From Octopus sinensis (Eukaryota), in assembly GCF_006345805.1 (NCBI RefSeq), contig NC_043003.1, forward strand, positions 113,894,001-113,958,000: 64,000 bases of DNA. The letters run 5' to 3'. A program made the position numbers and the translations under genes. How positions within the stretch are numbered: the stretch's first letter is position 1; each line of letters begins with the position of its first letter. This document shows, piece after piece, positions 1 through 14,022 of this stretch. Below the pieces are notes generated by a model. That model was not told the DNA's origin and ran no database searches. It worked only from the letters and a program-made list of their open reading frames with translations.

Positions 1-145
1 TCAACTTTGCTGACATCTTTGTACATGGCTGGAACGGGACTCACACCTCATCGCACTGACCATTACATTACAGCATTATATAATTGAATGTACATTATAC
101 ACATGTAGTGTGTGTGTGTGTGTGTGGGTGTGTGTAATATATATC

Positions 146-194
<49 letters not shown>

Positions 195-198
<4 letters not shown>

Positions 199-408
199 CG
201 TGACCGACCAGTCTATCAGATGTTGCTACACATCGCTCGTCACAATGCGCTTCGCATTGTTTTTAGCCTTCAAATGACAGCAGGGATCGCCACCACCCAG
301 AGCCTCGTGGAGCTTTAAGTGTTTTGCTCAATAAACACTCACACGCCCAGTCTGGGAATCGAAACCGCGATCCTACGACCACAAGTCCGCTGGGCCATTG
401 GCCTCCAC
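195..408 (-). mobile_element. tRNA-derived SINE, family C (tail type 1), internally deleted
   Basis: Minus-strand tRNA-like head with a GGTTTCGATTCCC B box. Head and body are shared with 3761-4122 and 32928-33220; the tail matches 32928-33010. Confidence 0.8.
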
Positions 409-427
409 ACACATTAATAAATATATA

Positions 428-459
<32 letters not shown>

Positions 460-878
460 GGTAGATACATACATATATACACACCCCCGTTCGTATGTTT
501 CTATGCAATTTCTTTTCTCTATCAGCCATCCTTGTTATTCCTATTATTTCCCTCCTACCATTCACAGCTGCACCACTGACACCATCTGCCTCTCTCCATC
601 TTATATAATAATAAATATAGTTTCGGCCTCTCAAATACTCCACTAGTCCTTACTCTTCAACCGTCACTTTTTCTCTATATCTCACCTTATTTCGCTGTCA
701 GTCTTTCGTTGACCGTCTCTGTCCCCTCATCTCTCTCTCCTCTACACACACACATACACACACGCTATAATATGCGTTGTGTGCAAAGTACCCAACTATT
801 TGCTTCTCGGTCAGACCACCTTTAGTAATAGAATTGAACTCTCATACACAAATCTATTATAATTAGCCATCCACTTTT

Positions 879-925
879 CTAATCATTTATGTAGTTAACT
901 ACCTCTTTAATTATGTATGTGTGCA

Positions 926-960
<35 letters not shown>

Positions 961-1065
961 CATACACACACACACACACACACGCATAATATATATGCAT
1001 AATACATATTCATAATGCGAAATGTATAAATATATAATGCTACAAATATACTTTGTATATATATG

Positions 1066-1105
<40 letters not shown>

Positions 1106-1345
1106 AAGTATATATATGTATATATGTATATATATGTATATATGTATATATGTATATATATATCTGTTATGTATATATGTATATATATATATGTATATAT
1201 ATATATGCATATATATATATGTATATTATATATGCATATATATATGTATATGTATATATATATATGTATATATATAATATGTATATATATATGTAGTGTG
1301 TGTGTATGTATGTATCTATATATATATATATTTATATATATGAAA
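879..1345. repeat. (TA)n/(TATG)n/(CA)n compound microsatellite field, representative of dozens in the window
   Basis: Direct reading of the sequence. The overlapping Y/I/M/C/V-rich ORFs are repeat translations. Confidence 0.95.
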
Positions 1346-2289
1346 AGATTAGTCGTTATGTGTTAATCTGAGTTTGCTAATCCGTTTTTCTAGCTTTCTT
1401 TCAGTCGTTTAGAATGACACTGTTTTCTCTCAGATTGTCCTGGGCTATCATCCATGTCCGCTTCATAATCTATAGTTATGGTCCGGTCTTATAATTGTTG
1501 GGTATCCTCAGTTAAAGAGGAACAGCCCCCCCCCATCCACCCATCCAGAATTACAATGACTAAAAAAAAAAAAAGAGTCTGTTGATCATCCACACACACA
1601 TCTCAATACATCCACATCCACTCAGCAGCAGTTCCAGCTATTGCATCAGTCAATATTACGTCACATTACTGCAACCACTGCTACTACCACGAGACAGAGC
1701 CAGCCGACCAGCCAGCCAACCAGTCAATCGACCAACCAGCCGACCAGCCAGTCACAAAGTCCGACAAGCAGACAGACAGGCAAAGCCTTGGAAAGAGTAA
1801 GGGAATGAGGAAATGAAACTCCGATAGATGGAAATTGAAAGACAATTTTCCACACACACACAGTCATGGGCATGTGCCGAAGGTGGGGTTGCGGTTGGGG
1901 GGGTTTTGCGTGTTTATCTATTCCAATATGTGAGTATTTATCGATCAAACAATATACAAAACGTGCGCAAATGCATTCATATAATTCACAAACAAGATTT
2001 TTACCTACAAACACGTATACACACTTGAGAGCCCAATGCACGTGTGAGTACATGTGCGCTTCTACGTTTGAAATTTAATGCGCGCCTCTATGTAAATACA
2101 CGAATTGTTTCTGTTCGGTTTTATATTTTCATAGTGATTCGTAGAAATGCTTTAGTTCATCAGTTTGGAGTGAGGGAAGTTAAATTTGATCTTCGCGGGA
2201 TTTGAAATCGCAACAGAGAGAACGGTGTTGCGAAACACTGAAAGGCATTTCGCCCGAAATTCTAACCCCTCTCTCTCTCTTTATATATA

Positions 2290-2560
2290 TAACAAATTAA
2301 TAGATAAAACATATGCATATATGCATACATATATGTACGCACCTACCTCTACATGTATATATACATGCATATATGGGTACAGGACACCAAAAAAACGTCG
2401 AACACAATGAGAAACGAAAACATAAACACAAAACCAAGGAAATGGACATTTTTCTTAAACAACGAAAAAATAGAGTACAGGACATACAACACAAGGGTTG
2501 TATATAATGAGAGAGATATAAGTTATATGATGTATAAAAACATGTAATATACAAATAAAT
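2290..2560 (-). mobile_element. Short non-autonomous interspersed repeat (family F, possibly Penelope-derived)
   Basis: High similarity to 17690-17930 (gtacaggacaccaaaaaaacgtcgaacacaatgagaaac...); flanked by TA-rich repeats. Confidence 0.65.
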
Positions 2561-3003
2561 ATCTATAAATATAAAACCATCCGAATTTCTGAGTACCTCG
2601 TTTCTTCTAATATAAAATACCTGTACATCATCTCCAAATCTTCTAATCTATATATATATATATATATATATATACAAAATGTAGTATATATATATATATA
2701 TATACATATATATATAATACATATATATATATTATATATATATATAGAAAGAGAGAGAGAAAGTGAGTTTGACTCGAGCCGACGTCCTCATTAGGCCAGA
2801 ACTTAGGTTGTTTCGGAAGGTTACAGCCCTCCCCGTTCCTCGCCCAACCACCGACCAACTGAACGGGACACCAGCTGCCACTAAAGCAATGTGGAAAGAA
2901 AAGCTGTGTTCAAGGACACAACCCGCCACTCTCTCCTCTTCGTCAAACCCGCGCGTCTTCACAAGCCTTTTAGAAAACGCACACACACACACACAAGCAT
3001 TTA

Positions 3004-3037
<34 letters not shown>

Positions 3038-3318
3038 AGAGAGAGAGAATGTTAGCTCATGTATATATACATGTCTGTACCTCTATGTATTTGTGTTCTT
3101 TAATGAAGGAGAACAAGGCTAGAAATATCTCCCCACCCCTCCCAGCGATTTTTTCTTTATTGAGACCGAGAAAATTAGAAGCAAAAAGATGACGTCGGCA
3201 CGATTTGAACACGGACAAATACCAGAACTAATACCGCGTGCTATTTTGCTGATCCTTGAATCACTCTGCTAATGTAAAGAGTCTTTCAGTCTATCTATAA
3301 CCATACCCACATATATAC

Positions 3319-3510
3319 GGTGAGCTGGCAGAACCGTTTGCTACATAGAATGCCCAGGTGTTTCCGTCCATCTTTGCGTTCTGAGTTCAAATGCCGTTTC
3401 GAGGTCGATGAAATAAGTACCAGTGGGGTACTTATTTGGGGTAGGTCAATCGACTAGTCCCCCTCCCACCAAATTTCAGACCTTCTGTCTTTAGTAGAAA
3501 GAATTACTTT
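3319..3510 (+). mobile_element. tRNA-derived SINE, family A (degraded monomer)
   Basis: ggtgagctggcagaa head, gttctgagttcaaat B box, gtcgat..ataagtaccag core and aatttcagacc..agtagaaag tail. Confidence 0.8.
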
Positions 3511-3683
3511 TATTGATTTGATTTTATTTGCCCCAGGGCAAAAATGAGGGGAATAATTATAAATGTAAAAAAAAAAGAAATTGCCCAAAGCATTTTAACG
3601 AGGAAAAAATCTATTTTCAGAGTAATAAAAAAATATGAACACACACCAATCATCCTAATAATAATACGTACATAATAATATAT

Positions 3684-3735
<52 letters not shown>

Positions 3736-3760
3736 ATATATATTATATATATATATTATG

Positions 3761-4122
3761 GTGGGTCTCCGTCGGTTACGACGACGAGGTTTGCAGTTGA
3801 TCCAATCAAAGGTACAACCTGCTCGTGAAATTAACGTGTAAGTGGCTGAGCACTCCACTGACATGTGTACCCTTAACGTAGTTCTCGGGGATATTCAGCG
3901 TGACACAGAGAGTGACAAGGCTGGCCTTTTGAAATACAGGTACACAGAAACAGGAAGAAAAAGTGGAGGAGAAAGTTGTGGTTGAAAGAGTACAGCAGGG
4001 ATCACCACCATCCCTGCCAGAGCCTCGTGGAGCTTTAGATGTTTTCGCTCAATAAACACTCACAACGCCCGGTCTAAGAATCAAAACCGCGAGTCTACTG
4101 CCCTAACCACTGGGCCATTGCC
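3761..4122 (-). mobile_element. tRNA-derived SINE, family C (tail type 2)
   Basis: Minus-strand head with a TGGCCCAGTGG A box. Body shared with 195-408, but a different 3' tail ending gtcgtaaccgacggag. Confidence 0.8.
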
Positions 4123-4207
4123 CCCCCCATATATGCATGTATGTGTGTGTGTATGTATATATATAATATATATATACTGCATATATGTGTGTGAGTATAT
4201 TGTGTTC

Positions 4208-4240
<33 letters not shown>

Positions 4241-4243
4241 CAT

Positions 4244-4557
4244 TTTATTCTTTTACTTGTTTCAGTCATTTGACTGCGGCCATGCTGGAGCATCGGGTTT
4301 AGTCGAACAAATCGATGCCAGGACTTATTCTTTGTAAGCTTAGTAGTTATTCTATCGGTTCTTTTTTGCCGAACCGATAAGTTATGGGAACATAAACACA
4401 CCAACATCGGTTGTCAAGCGATGGTGAGGCGACAGACAGACACATAAATATATACATGGTAAAAGACAGTTGCGAAAGATGCCACGCAGTGGAACTGAAC
4501 CCAGAAACCATTTGGATGGAAAGCAAAGCTTCTTACCACACAGTCACGCCTGCGTCT
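4244..4557 (-). mobile_element. tRNA-derived SINE, family B
   Basis: Reverse complement of the ctccagcatggccgcagtcaaatgactgaaacaagtaaaag tail plus the head; homologous to 19895-20340. Confidence 0.85.
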
Positions 4558-5829
4558 ATATATATATATATATAATATATATAGCGTGGAAAGGCTCAAA
4601 ACAGTTGTAATTCTTTTAGATAAAATAGAAGGTAAATAACAACAAAGACATTTCTTTAGAAATGTCAATTTTTCCTGCATTAAATTTCACCCGGCCTACT
4701 CTGTGAGAGCTGAGAGAAGTTTAAGCTGTTAGGTATTGGCCAAGAGAGACTGAGAGAATTTATGTGAATGAAGTAGAGGGAGAGAGAGAGTTGAAACCGT
4801 TGTAGGTGGGATGAAGAAAGAGTATCAGATGACAAAGCAAGGAGTGTTTAGTGAAGACAGGCTACAAATAATTTACTGCTTAGTGTAATCATCTAACAGA
4901 AAGGAGATAAAAAAGGTAGAAATATATTTAAATGTAGTCTATAACACACACACACACACACACTTACCTTCGATTTAGAGGAGTGTACAGTCACCTACCC
5001 ATACATACAATTATTAAATATCATGTATGTCCGACCAGTTGTAAACTGGTACATTCGTGCGTACGCGCGTGTGAAACGCCCGTCATTGTGTGCTAGTTTT
5101 CTGGGTTTTCATATCGACATTCATTGAAATTATTTCTCATATTTTATGATAAAATTGTTTTTCTTTGTTTATCCGTTGTTACCCTTTGGTTGAATCTGAT
5201 TAATTTTAGAATTGAAATATTTAAAAATACGGCTGTTCCATTCCGGAACATGCTGCGATATGTCCACTTAATGGAATTTTCCGTTATTTTTTTCCTCATT
5301 ATATATATTTGTTGCTCATGTATTGCCATTCTTCTGCTGGTGATAATCCAGTCTCTCCAATTTAGTTTTCCAAACTTCCGCAACAATTTATATAAATATA
5401 AAATGAAGATATTTTTCGTTATCTACAATTGGAACAGGTGCGTTTTGCGTGGAGAGCCTCTTTATACTAATATATGTTTTAATTCTTCTAATCTTTGAAC
5501 CGGTTTCTTAGCGTTTGATACAAGAGTGACATCCTATTTGCTATATTGAACTGAATATTCGCTTATTTGTTAAGAAATGGCAGGATGTGAAACGCCGTTA
5601 TTCAATGTTTTCTAAATAGCGAAACCCGAATTTTGTTCAGACAAGTGATTAAAAGGGTGCTGTGTGTGTGTGTGTGTAAAACAAGAAAAATAAAATGGAG
5701 ATTGGGAAGTTAATAATCGTTCAACAATTAACTTCTCAATCTCTGCATTTTCCTTTTCTTTTATATAACTAAATGGTTATATATATACCTATTATTTTAA
5801 GGAAATTAATTCCCCCAAAAGATCAGGTA

Positions 5830-7190
5830 TTGAAGCAGTACTTCCTTGGATGGCACCATCCTTTCATGAGGTAATTCTTTAAGTAGCGTTTGGTTAATAT
5901 TCTTTTGGAAGTTTCCGACTTCTGTCGGGTATCATTATTTTAAAAGGTTGTACAGGTGTAAACTTTCTTTTGATGACTTCTTATTTGTGTCACCATACGA
6001 TTTTCCTGATGGAGTCGCTTTGTGTAATGATTGTGTTAATATCTGCATTTTATCAATTGTTTGTTGTTTGTGTATCACTGCGTCTGTAGCTGTGTTTTAT
6101 TGGGTATTGTTTGAGAGTTGCGTTGTTGCAGTGCTTTTTGTGATGGTTTTGTGTTCTCAAATCTGTCAGCTTTTTATTTTTTTTGACGGCTCATTTTTTT
6201 TTTTCTTTTTTAAATATCAATTTCCCTTGCTCACTTTCCGGTGCAGTTTTCCATTTTTCATCTTTGTCGCACTCGTTAAAGAACATGTCTAAGTGATCTG
6301 TAGAAGGAGTTTAGTATGTCTTGCGGTGTTGCAGTGAGATCTTGCTTCTGTTGGGAGCGATGTTGTTTCTGTTGATTATTGTCATAGGAAGTTCTTCTGC
6401 TGTTTTCGCTGGTGCTTCTGTTCTTCGAACTGGTAGATTTGCTTACTTTCATTGTAGTTGTTATATTTGTGGTGTCAGAAGTAGCAGAGGCCTCCATTTT
6501 TCGCTTACTTTTGTGGATAGAAAGCTTTCAAGAGTCACAACATATGAGACACCGGGTTTTGTTCCCTCCGCCATGACGTGGAATTCTGCGCCATTCGCTA
6601 CTGCATTAGATCAAGGATTTTTCCATGTGTTCTAGTTCCACTTGATTACGACCTCCTGTCCTATTCAGGGCCAGTTCTGCTGTCTATATATTTTTAAAAC
6701 ATCCAGGAGAGTGTCACTTCCATCCAGGACGACTTATACTACAGCCCATCTGATGTCCGGCTGAAGTGGATATATTCACCAGCACCATCCGCCTTCCCAA
6801 ATAACCTGAAAAGAGGATAATGCCTCTCCCCTGCTGGGGTACAGGAATGTTTTACGGCGAGGATTTCGCTAAGAAATTTCACTTCAACGTCGCCGGACTG
6901 TTGGGCCCTAAGAGAATAATCTATACCCGTCCATATTAAACGCAAGTACTTTTCGACCTAGGCGCGTGTGACCATCTTCATGTGCCGATATTTCAGTGAG
7001 ATACATTTGTAAAGTTTTGTCCGTTTGTCTCTTCCAAAACTTGTTCTATTACTTTAAAGAAACTCTTTCTTAGTAGATACTTTCACAATAGTCCGTGGGT
7101 TTGCATATTGATGTTTTTCCATCATAGAAATCTGTATGATAATAAATGCCGCTTTTGTGAAAGATTCCACCCGTTGTATGTAGCTTTGGG
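5830..7190 (-). pseudogene. Decayed gag-like/ORF1 remnant of a non-LTR retrotransposon
   Basis: Frameshifted minus-strand peptides QSYIQRVESFTKAAFI..EKHQYANPRTIVK and FHVMAEGTKP/RCLIC (CCHC-knuckle-like), followed by an S/T/K/Q low-complexity tail. Many stops. Family assignment is inference. Confidence 0.35.
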
Positions 7191-8016
7191 TGGTCCACTT
7201 TGGTAATAGTGACGGTGTTGGTGGTGGACGCCATGTTAAACTTAGCAGTAGCCGTAGCAGTGGTAGTGATGGCTTGCTTCGCTTGTTCTGCTGGGATGAT
7301 TATTGCTGCTCACAACTGCAGCTGTGGAGGCAATGGAAGTGCACTCATCGTTGCCACACACTGCTTTACTGTTGTTGTTGTTGCTGCTGCTGCTGCTGGT
7401 GGTGTTTAGCAGGTTGTTGTTCTCTTTCTCATGTCGTTGTTGTTGTTGTTGTTGTTCTGCTCCTGAGGTTTTTCGAGACTATGCTTTGATAACTGTTTCT
7501 CTCTTCTCTTTTTAGCTGGTTCATTAAGGACGTCACCATCTTAAATGTGTGCTTCAAAAGTAAAAAATATTCCTGACTTTTGTTGCAATTATTGTCCCAA
7601 AGAACCAAGAAACAACAAAAACAAAAAAAAAAAACGAGCAGCTCCCTGGGTTCGTGGTTAGCTTTACAACAGATATATGACAGGCATAAAACTTTAAATG
7701 AGAATAAGCAAAACTTGCGGAGAACACTCGAATACAAGTTGTAGGCAGACCGGAAGTGGCCAGCTAGAAATAATCCTTTCTACTTAAGGCCTGATAGAAA
7801 TAATCCTTTCTACTTAAGGCCTGAGATTTTGGGAGATTCGGCAACTCGATTATATCGACCCCGCCGCCCCATCCGTGAACAACAACGAAGTATCAAAGCT
7901 TATAATGGGCTGGAAAAACCCCTGTGGAACCTCTGACATCAGGCTGCTCTCACAGAATCAACCAGAGCAAACGAGACCGAGAGCTCAGACAACTAAAACA
8001 ACAACAATGTTCCTCT

Positions 8017-8405
8017 CTACTATATGTACAAGATCTGAAATTTCTGGGGAAGGGGGATTACATCGACCTCAATACTCAACTGGTACTTAATTTATCGACT
8101 CCGAAAGGAAGAAAGGCGAAGTCGACCTGAGCAGAACTTGAACTGAGAACATAACAACGGGAGAAATACCTATTTCTTTACTACCCACAAGGATCTAAAC
8201 ACAGAGGGGACAAACAAGGGCAGACACACGGATTAGGTCGATTAGATCGACCCCAGTGCGTATGTAACTGGTACTTAATTGTCGACCCCGAAAGGATGAA
8301 AGGCAAAGTCGACCTCGGCGGAATTTGAACTCAGAACGTAACGGCAGATGAAATACCTCTACGCATTTCGCCCGGCGTGCTAACGATTCTGCCAGCTTAC
8401 TGCCT
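8017..8405 (-). mobile_element. SINE family A, dimeric form
   Basis: Two gtcgacct..aatttgaactcagaacgta cores joined at aaatacctatttctttactacccacaag; head ends gccagcttactgcc. Confidence 0.85.
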
Positions 8406-8420
8406 AAATAATAATAATAA

Positions 8421-8557
8421 TGATAAGGCACAAAGCCTGAAATTTGGGTGAAGGGAAAAGACGATTACATCGACCCCAGTGCTTCACTGGTACTTAATTT
8501 ATCGACTCCGATAGGATGAAAGGCAAAGTCGACCTCGGCGGAATTCGAACTCAGAAC
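8421..8557 (-). mobile_element. SINE family A, 5'-truncated
   Basis: Tail aggcacaaagcctgaaattt plus core, preceded by (AAT)n. Confidence 0.8.
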
Positions 8558-8687
8558 GATAATAATAACAACAACAACAAGGCAGTGGCTGTCATGGCTT
8601 CTGATCTGAAATAGTTTGGAAGTGCTATGTGCTTGGAAATATTTTGTCTTGGTGTAAAAGATGGGCTACAAAACGGATGAAGAAGAT

Positions 8688-9105
8688 GGAGCATAACAAA
8701 CCAGATATTAGAGTAATAGACAAGGAAATCGAGTTTGCATAATTATTGATGTATCAGACTTCTTTGATACTAGGATTGTGAAGAAAGGAGATAAAGAATT
8801 GAAAAAAGTAGAAAACCCTAAAACTGAAGGTCACGCGGACTGCGAATGTGAAATCTGTAAAGACTGTACAAGCAATAATTGGTGCTGTGAGTGAAGGAAT
8901 AGACAAATACACAAAGAAGATTTAGGATAGAATATCCAGTAGGCCATTAGTTAACAGGAAAGGGGATCTGAAGAATTTGTAGCACGTGAGGGATTTTTGA
9001 AATTTTGAGAATATCTTAGGTTACAGGTAATAAAACCGTTACCCACATAAATTCTACTTAGGAACAAGAGCATAGGAATAAGATCAATCCCTAGTCAAGA
9101 CTATA
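8688..9105 (+). mobile_element. R4/Dong-like RLE LINE, 3' fragment (decayed)
   Basis: Frameshifted KPDIRVIDKE..IIDVS..FDTRIVKK..IIGAVSEGIDKYTKK (PD-(D/E)xK endonuclease region). The 3' UTR resembles 24930-24990 and ends at (AAT)n. Confidence 0.65.
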
Positions 9106-9119
9106 AAAATAATAATAAT

Positions 9120-9517
9120 AATCCTTTCTACTATAGGCACAAGGTCCGAAATTTGAGGGCGGAGGCCAGATGATTAGATCGACACAAATACACAACTGGT
9201 ACTTAATTTATCGAGCCTGAAAGGATGAAGGGCGAAGTCGACCTCGGCAGAATTTGAACTCAGAACGTAGCGGCAGACGTAATACCTATTTCTTTACTAC
9301 CCACGAGGGGCTAAACACAGATGGTACAAACAAGGACAGACAAACGGATTAAGTCTATTATATCGACCCCAATGAGTAGCTGGTACTTATTTAATCGACC
9401 CCGAAAGGACGAAAGGCAAAGTTGACCTCGGCAGAATTTGAACTCAGAACGTAACAGCAAACGAAATGCTGCTAAGCATTTCGCCCGGCGTGCTAACGAC
9501 ACTGCCAGCTCGCCACC
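9120..9517 (-). mobile_element. SINE family A, dimeric form
   Basis: aataatcctttctactataggcacaagg tail, two cores and a gccagctcgccacc head. Confidence 0.9.
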
Positions 9518-9539
9518 TTCCAATAACAATGATAATAAT

Positions 9540-9745
9540 TTCAAATTTTGCCACAAGTGCAGTACTTTGGAAGGTGGAAACTAGTCGATTACATCGACCC
9601 CAATGTTCAACTGGTATTTATTTTATCGACTTAGTAAAGATGAAAAGCAAAATCGACCTTGGCGAAATTTGAACCCACAACGTAAAGACGGACGAAATAC
9701 TGATAAGCATTCTATCCGAAGTGCTAACGATTCCGCCATCTCGAC
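9540..9745 (-). mobile_element. SINE family A, variant tail
   Basis: caaattttgccacaag tail, atcgaccccaatg core and a degraded head. Confidence 0.75.
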
Positions 9746-10396
9746 GACTTTAATACTAATAATATATACTAATACATCCAACATACATTGTGTGTGTGGT
9801 GTGGCGTGTGTGTGTATATATATATATAGATATTATATATATATATATATATATACATTACTTGTTTCAGTGAAACTGCGGCCATGCATGTACGGTACAT
9901 TTGATTACTAGAAACAAATTATTTGTGCAGGTCGTTCGGCAAACACTCAAAGCCCAGACGTCGTCTTCGACGAGAGAGTCCGACATATGCGCATGTGTAT
10001 ATGTGTGTGTGTTATATATATATATATTATATTATATATTCTTAGTATTGTCTTTTAGTGTGTATGCACGTATGTATGTTTGTATCTGAATCTCTTGATA
10101 TACATACATATACCTACACATGTGTATGTGAGCGTATATATACATGTATATTATATGTACATATACATGTATTATATATATATATATATATATATATTGA
10201 TATAACGTTCACTCACATATACATAAATCTATGTTCAAATTTCGATTGCAGCAACTACAGCGGCTGAAGATGCAGCAGTAGCAGTATTGGTGATGATGAT
10301 GATGATGATGCTTGCAAGAGCAGAAGCAGAAAAAGTAACGGTAATGTAGTAGTAGTAGTAGCAGCAGTGCATAGAAGTAGTAGTTGTAGTGCAGTA

Positions 10397-10496
10397 NNNN
10401 NNNNNNNNNNNNNNNNNNNNNNNNNNNNNNNNNNNNNNNNNNNNNNNNNNNNNNNNNNNNNNNNNNNNNNNNNNNNNNNNNNNNNNNNNNNNNNNN
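10397..10496. other. Assembly gap (100 N)
   Basis: Run of N between microsatellites. Confidence 1.
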
Positions 10497-10679
10497 CACA
10501 TATAACATGCATATATGCATACATATTATACAATTACACAATATATACATGCATATATGCATACATATATACATATACACATATATACATAATATACACA
10601 TACATATACGCACACATATATATATACACATATATATATATACACATATATACGCAATTATGCACACATTTATACGCAT

Positions 10680-10880
10680 ATATGCACATATATATACACA
10701 TGTCTACACACGCATATATACACATACATACATACATATATATATATACACATGTCTACACACGCATATATACACATACATACATACATATATATATACA
10801 CATGTCTACACACGCATATATACACATACATACATACACATATATATTACACATGTCTACACACGCATATATACACATAC
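10680..10880. repeat. Minisatellite, ~55-bp unit acacatgtctacacacgcatatatacacatacatac.. x4
   Basis: Direct reading of the sequence. Confidence 0.85.
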
Positions 10881-11231
10881 ATACATACACATATATATAT
10901 ATATATTTATATATATATACACATACATGCATATATATATACGTACACACATATGTATCTACCTGAGCTGAGAGAGAGGAGTAGACAGACAGATAGGCAC
11001 AGAAATTTAGATGGATAGATGTTAGGCAAGGCTGGGCAAGGAAGGGCAACAAGAGATGATTGAGGTGAAATGTATTCCACGTACATGTATTGTGTGTGTG
11101 GGATTGTAGCTGTATGGTTTGGAGGACAACCGACAGATTGCGAAATGAGTGGGATTTGAGAGAGAGAGAGATAGACAGAAATGGAGAGAAAGAGATAGAG
11201 GATAGAGTGAAAAATATTCTTATATTCTTGA

Positions 11232-11564
11232 AATTGTTTCAGTCATTTGACTGCGGCCATGCTGGAGCAACACACTGAAAGGTTTAATGTTCAACAAATC
11301 GACCTCAGGACTAATATTTTTTGAAGTCTAGCACTTATTCTATAGGTCGCTTATGCTGAACAGCAAAGTTTCGGGGACGTAAACTCACCAACACCGGTTT
11401 TCAAGCAGTGTTGGACACACATTATAGATATATATATATATGACGGGTTCCTTTCATTTTCCGCCTACCAATTCGAATGAGGGGACTTTGGTCGGCCGGA
11501 ATCTATTGTATAAGACACTTGCCCAAGTTGCCAATCAATTAGACTGAACCCGGAACCCTGCGCC
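11232..11564 (-). mobile_element. SINE family B
   Basis: ttgtttcagtcatttgactgcggccatgctggagca tail and a degraded head. Confidence 0.8.
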
Positions 11565-11764
11565 TCTGTGGGATACGTTTATACAAACTAATTTACTGTG
11601 TTTTGCAGTTATTACCTTATCTTTCTACATTAATAATGGAAACAGAACGTCCGACAAATGTACAGACATTCAAATGGACAGAAATATCGCTAGGAAAAAA
11701 AAACCCCAGATTGCCTTATAGACTAGAATATGAAGACATATGTTCATATGCCTTTATATATATA

Positions 11765-11950
11765 TATATTTTACATATATCTCTCCTTGTTTCTCCTCTT
11801 TTATTTCTTGTGTATCTTTCTGTCGAAGAGCGTAGGCTCGAAACGTAAAAGACTTGTTCTATTTCTATTCCTGAGCGCCATACTAATACATTTGTTTGTT
11901 TGTACTCCACCTGCCTTCGTCTTTTGTTTATTTTCGTAAACCTTCCCGTT
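11765..11950 (+). mobile_element. Short Penelope-derived element (family D) with hammerhead-like motif
   Basis: Homologous to 54140-54302; contains CTGTCGA-A-GAGC-GTAG-GCTC-GAAAC-GT-A-AAAGAC; flanked by (TA)n. Confidence 0.65.
11814..11853 (+). ncRNA. Minimal type I hammerhead-ribozyme-like motif, non-canonical core (A6U)
   Basis: Stem I tcttt/aaaga, stem II GAGC/GCTC, palindromic stem III ACGT and a GUA site. Core reads CUGUCGA instead of CUGANGA. Confidence 0.5.
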
Positions 11951-12048
11951 ATATATATATATATTCAATGCTAGCAAAAACTGTCCGATGAACGGCAACG
12001 GGAAACTCAGAGTAACAGGTTTTGTTGAATTTTCTGCTGCTTAATAAA

Positions 12049-12118
<70 letters not shown>

Positions 12119-12229
12119 GCATACATAGTACAGACGCGAACAGGCCTAGAGACAGACACATTGATAGATGGACGGAGAGAGAGGAGAGAGAGAGGGGAGA
12201 AAGAGAGTGAGAGGAGGAGATAAAAAGGT

Positions 12230-13096
12230 TAGATAAAATAGAATTGTTAGAAAGACATGGAGAGATTGATAGAACGGATAGATAAGCAGATAGATATTGA
12301 GGCAGATGGGTAGTGAGAGGGAGACATAGAAGGGAGAGAGAGATTGATGAATTAACTGACAGAGACAGACTAAGAGATATACTGATAGTCCGGCATACCG
12401 ATAGACAGCTCGCTGGATAGACAGACAGCAGGACAGGGAGACGGATGAATCGGGAAATATTATATACAGAGATGAACAGAGATATAGAAAAACAGGTAAG
12501 CAGACAGGTAGAAGGATAGATAGATAGGCAGATAGATAGATAGACAGATAGCTAGCTAGCTAGATAGTTAAATAGATGGATAGATAGATAGATGGATAGA
12601 TAGATGGATGGATGGATAGATGGATGGATGGATAGATAGATAGACAGATAGATAGATAGACAGAGAGATAGAGAGATAGACAGATAGATAGAGAGATAGA
12701 CAGATAGATAGATAGACAGACAGATAGAGAGACAGACAGATAGAGAGACAGACAGATAGAGAGACAGATAGATAGAGAGACAGATAGATAGAGAGATAAA
12801 GAGATAGACAGACAGACAGACAGATAGAGAGATAGACAGATAGAGATAGAGAGAGAGAGAGAGAGAGAGTGGAATGGATAGATTGAAGAGGGATACATAC
12901 ATGTATGGGTGCACAGACAGACTGGCAGACAGACAGATAGGTCCATAGGTTGTTACAAACAAACAGACAGGTGTGTATTCATAGACAGGAGAGAGAAAGA
13001 CAGGTAGGTTAGATGTAGATAGTAGGCAGAAACAGATGAAGAAACCAATTGACAGATAGCAAGGTGATGGACGAACATCAGAAAATAGAAATGTGG

Positions 13097-13130
<34 letters not shown>
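12230..13130. repeat. (GATA)n/(GACA)n/(GA)n purine-rich microsatellite block
   Basis: Direct reading of the sequence. Confidence 0.95.
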
Positions 13131-13132
<2 letters not shown>

Positions 13133-13689
13133 GTGTGTGAGTGTGTGTATACGGGAGAGAGAGATAGACTCGTAGAAAGATTTAGCATTTGGATAGAAAG
13201 ACCGACAGATTTGAGGTAGATAGAATAGATGTACGAAGGAATACGTACATCTATCGCTGTCTGTGTGTATCGCAGCACGCGCTTGCAATAATAGATATTG
13301 TGCTAAATAAAAAAAACAACTAAATTTGGAGGTAGATACATTTTAATGAGACAATTCATGGCAACATAATTTAAATACCTGTTCCTTTTTTTTTTTTTTC
13401 TTTTTTACTTCGTTTCGTTTTAGTCTATTTTCTGCTCTGCATGTGTGTGGTGTGTGTGTGTGTGTGTGCGCGCGTGTGCACGTGCACTACACATACATAC
13501 AAACAAACACAAATATATATATGCGCGTGTGTGTTTGTACATATATATATATATATAACCACACAATACACACACACAGACATATATATATATATATATA
13601 CTTAAGCATACATACAAACATGTTTATGCATATACACGTATATATGTTTACACATAATCGTTTACCTACATACATAGAGATACATACAT

Positions 13690-13725
<36 letters not shown>

Positions 13726-13934
13726 GTGTATATCTGCGTATACACATATATACCAATCACCGAACTGGACGTCACTGCATAATACCAATGTCTTCAACAC
13801 ACACAAATATATACTCACACAAAACTATATGCAACTATATATATATACATACAAATATACACACATATATATATATTATAATATATATATATTATATATA
13901 TATATGTATCTATATGTATCTCTCTCTCTCTCTG

Positions 13935-13983
<49 letters not shown>

Positions 13984-14022
13984 GCATGTATCTATCTTAT
14001 ATGCATCTGTGTGTGTGCTCAC

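Noticed and set aside
4955-5640. Strong minus-strand donor AAG|GTAAGT with upstream CpG-containing sequence
   Set aside because: A single motif with no supporting acceptor or ORF.
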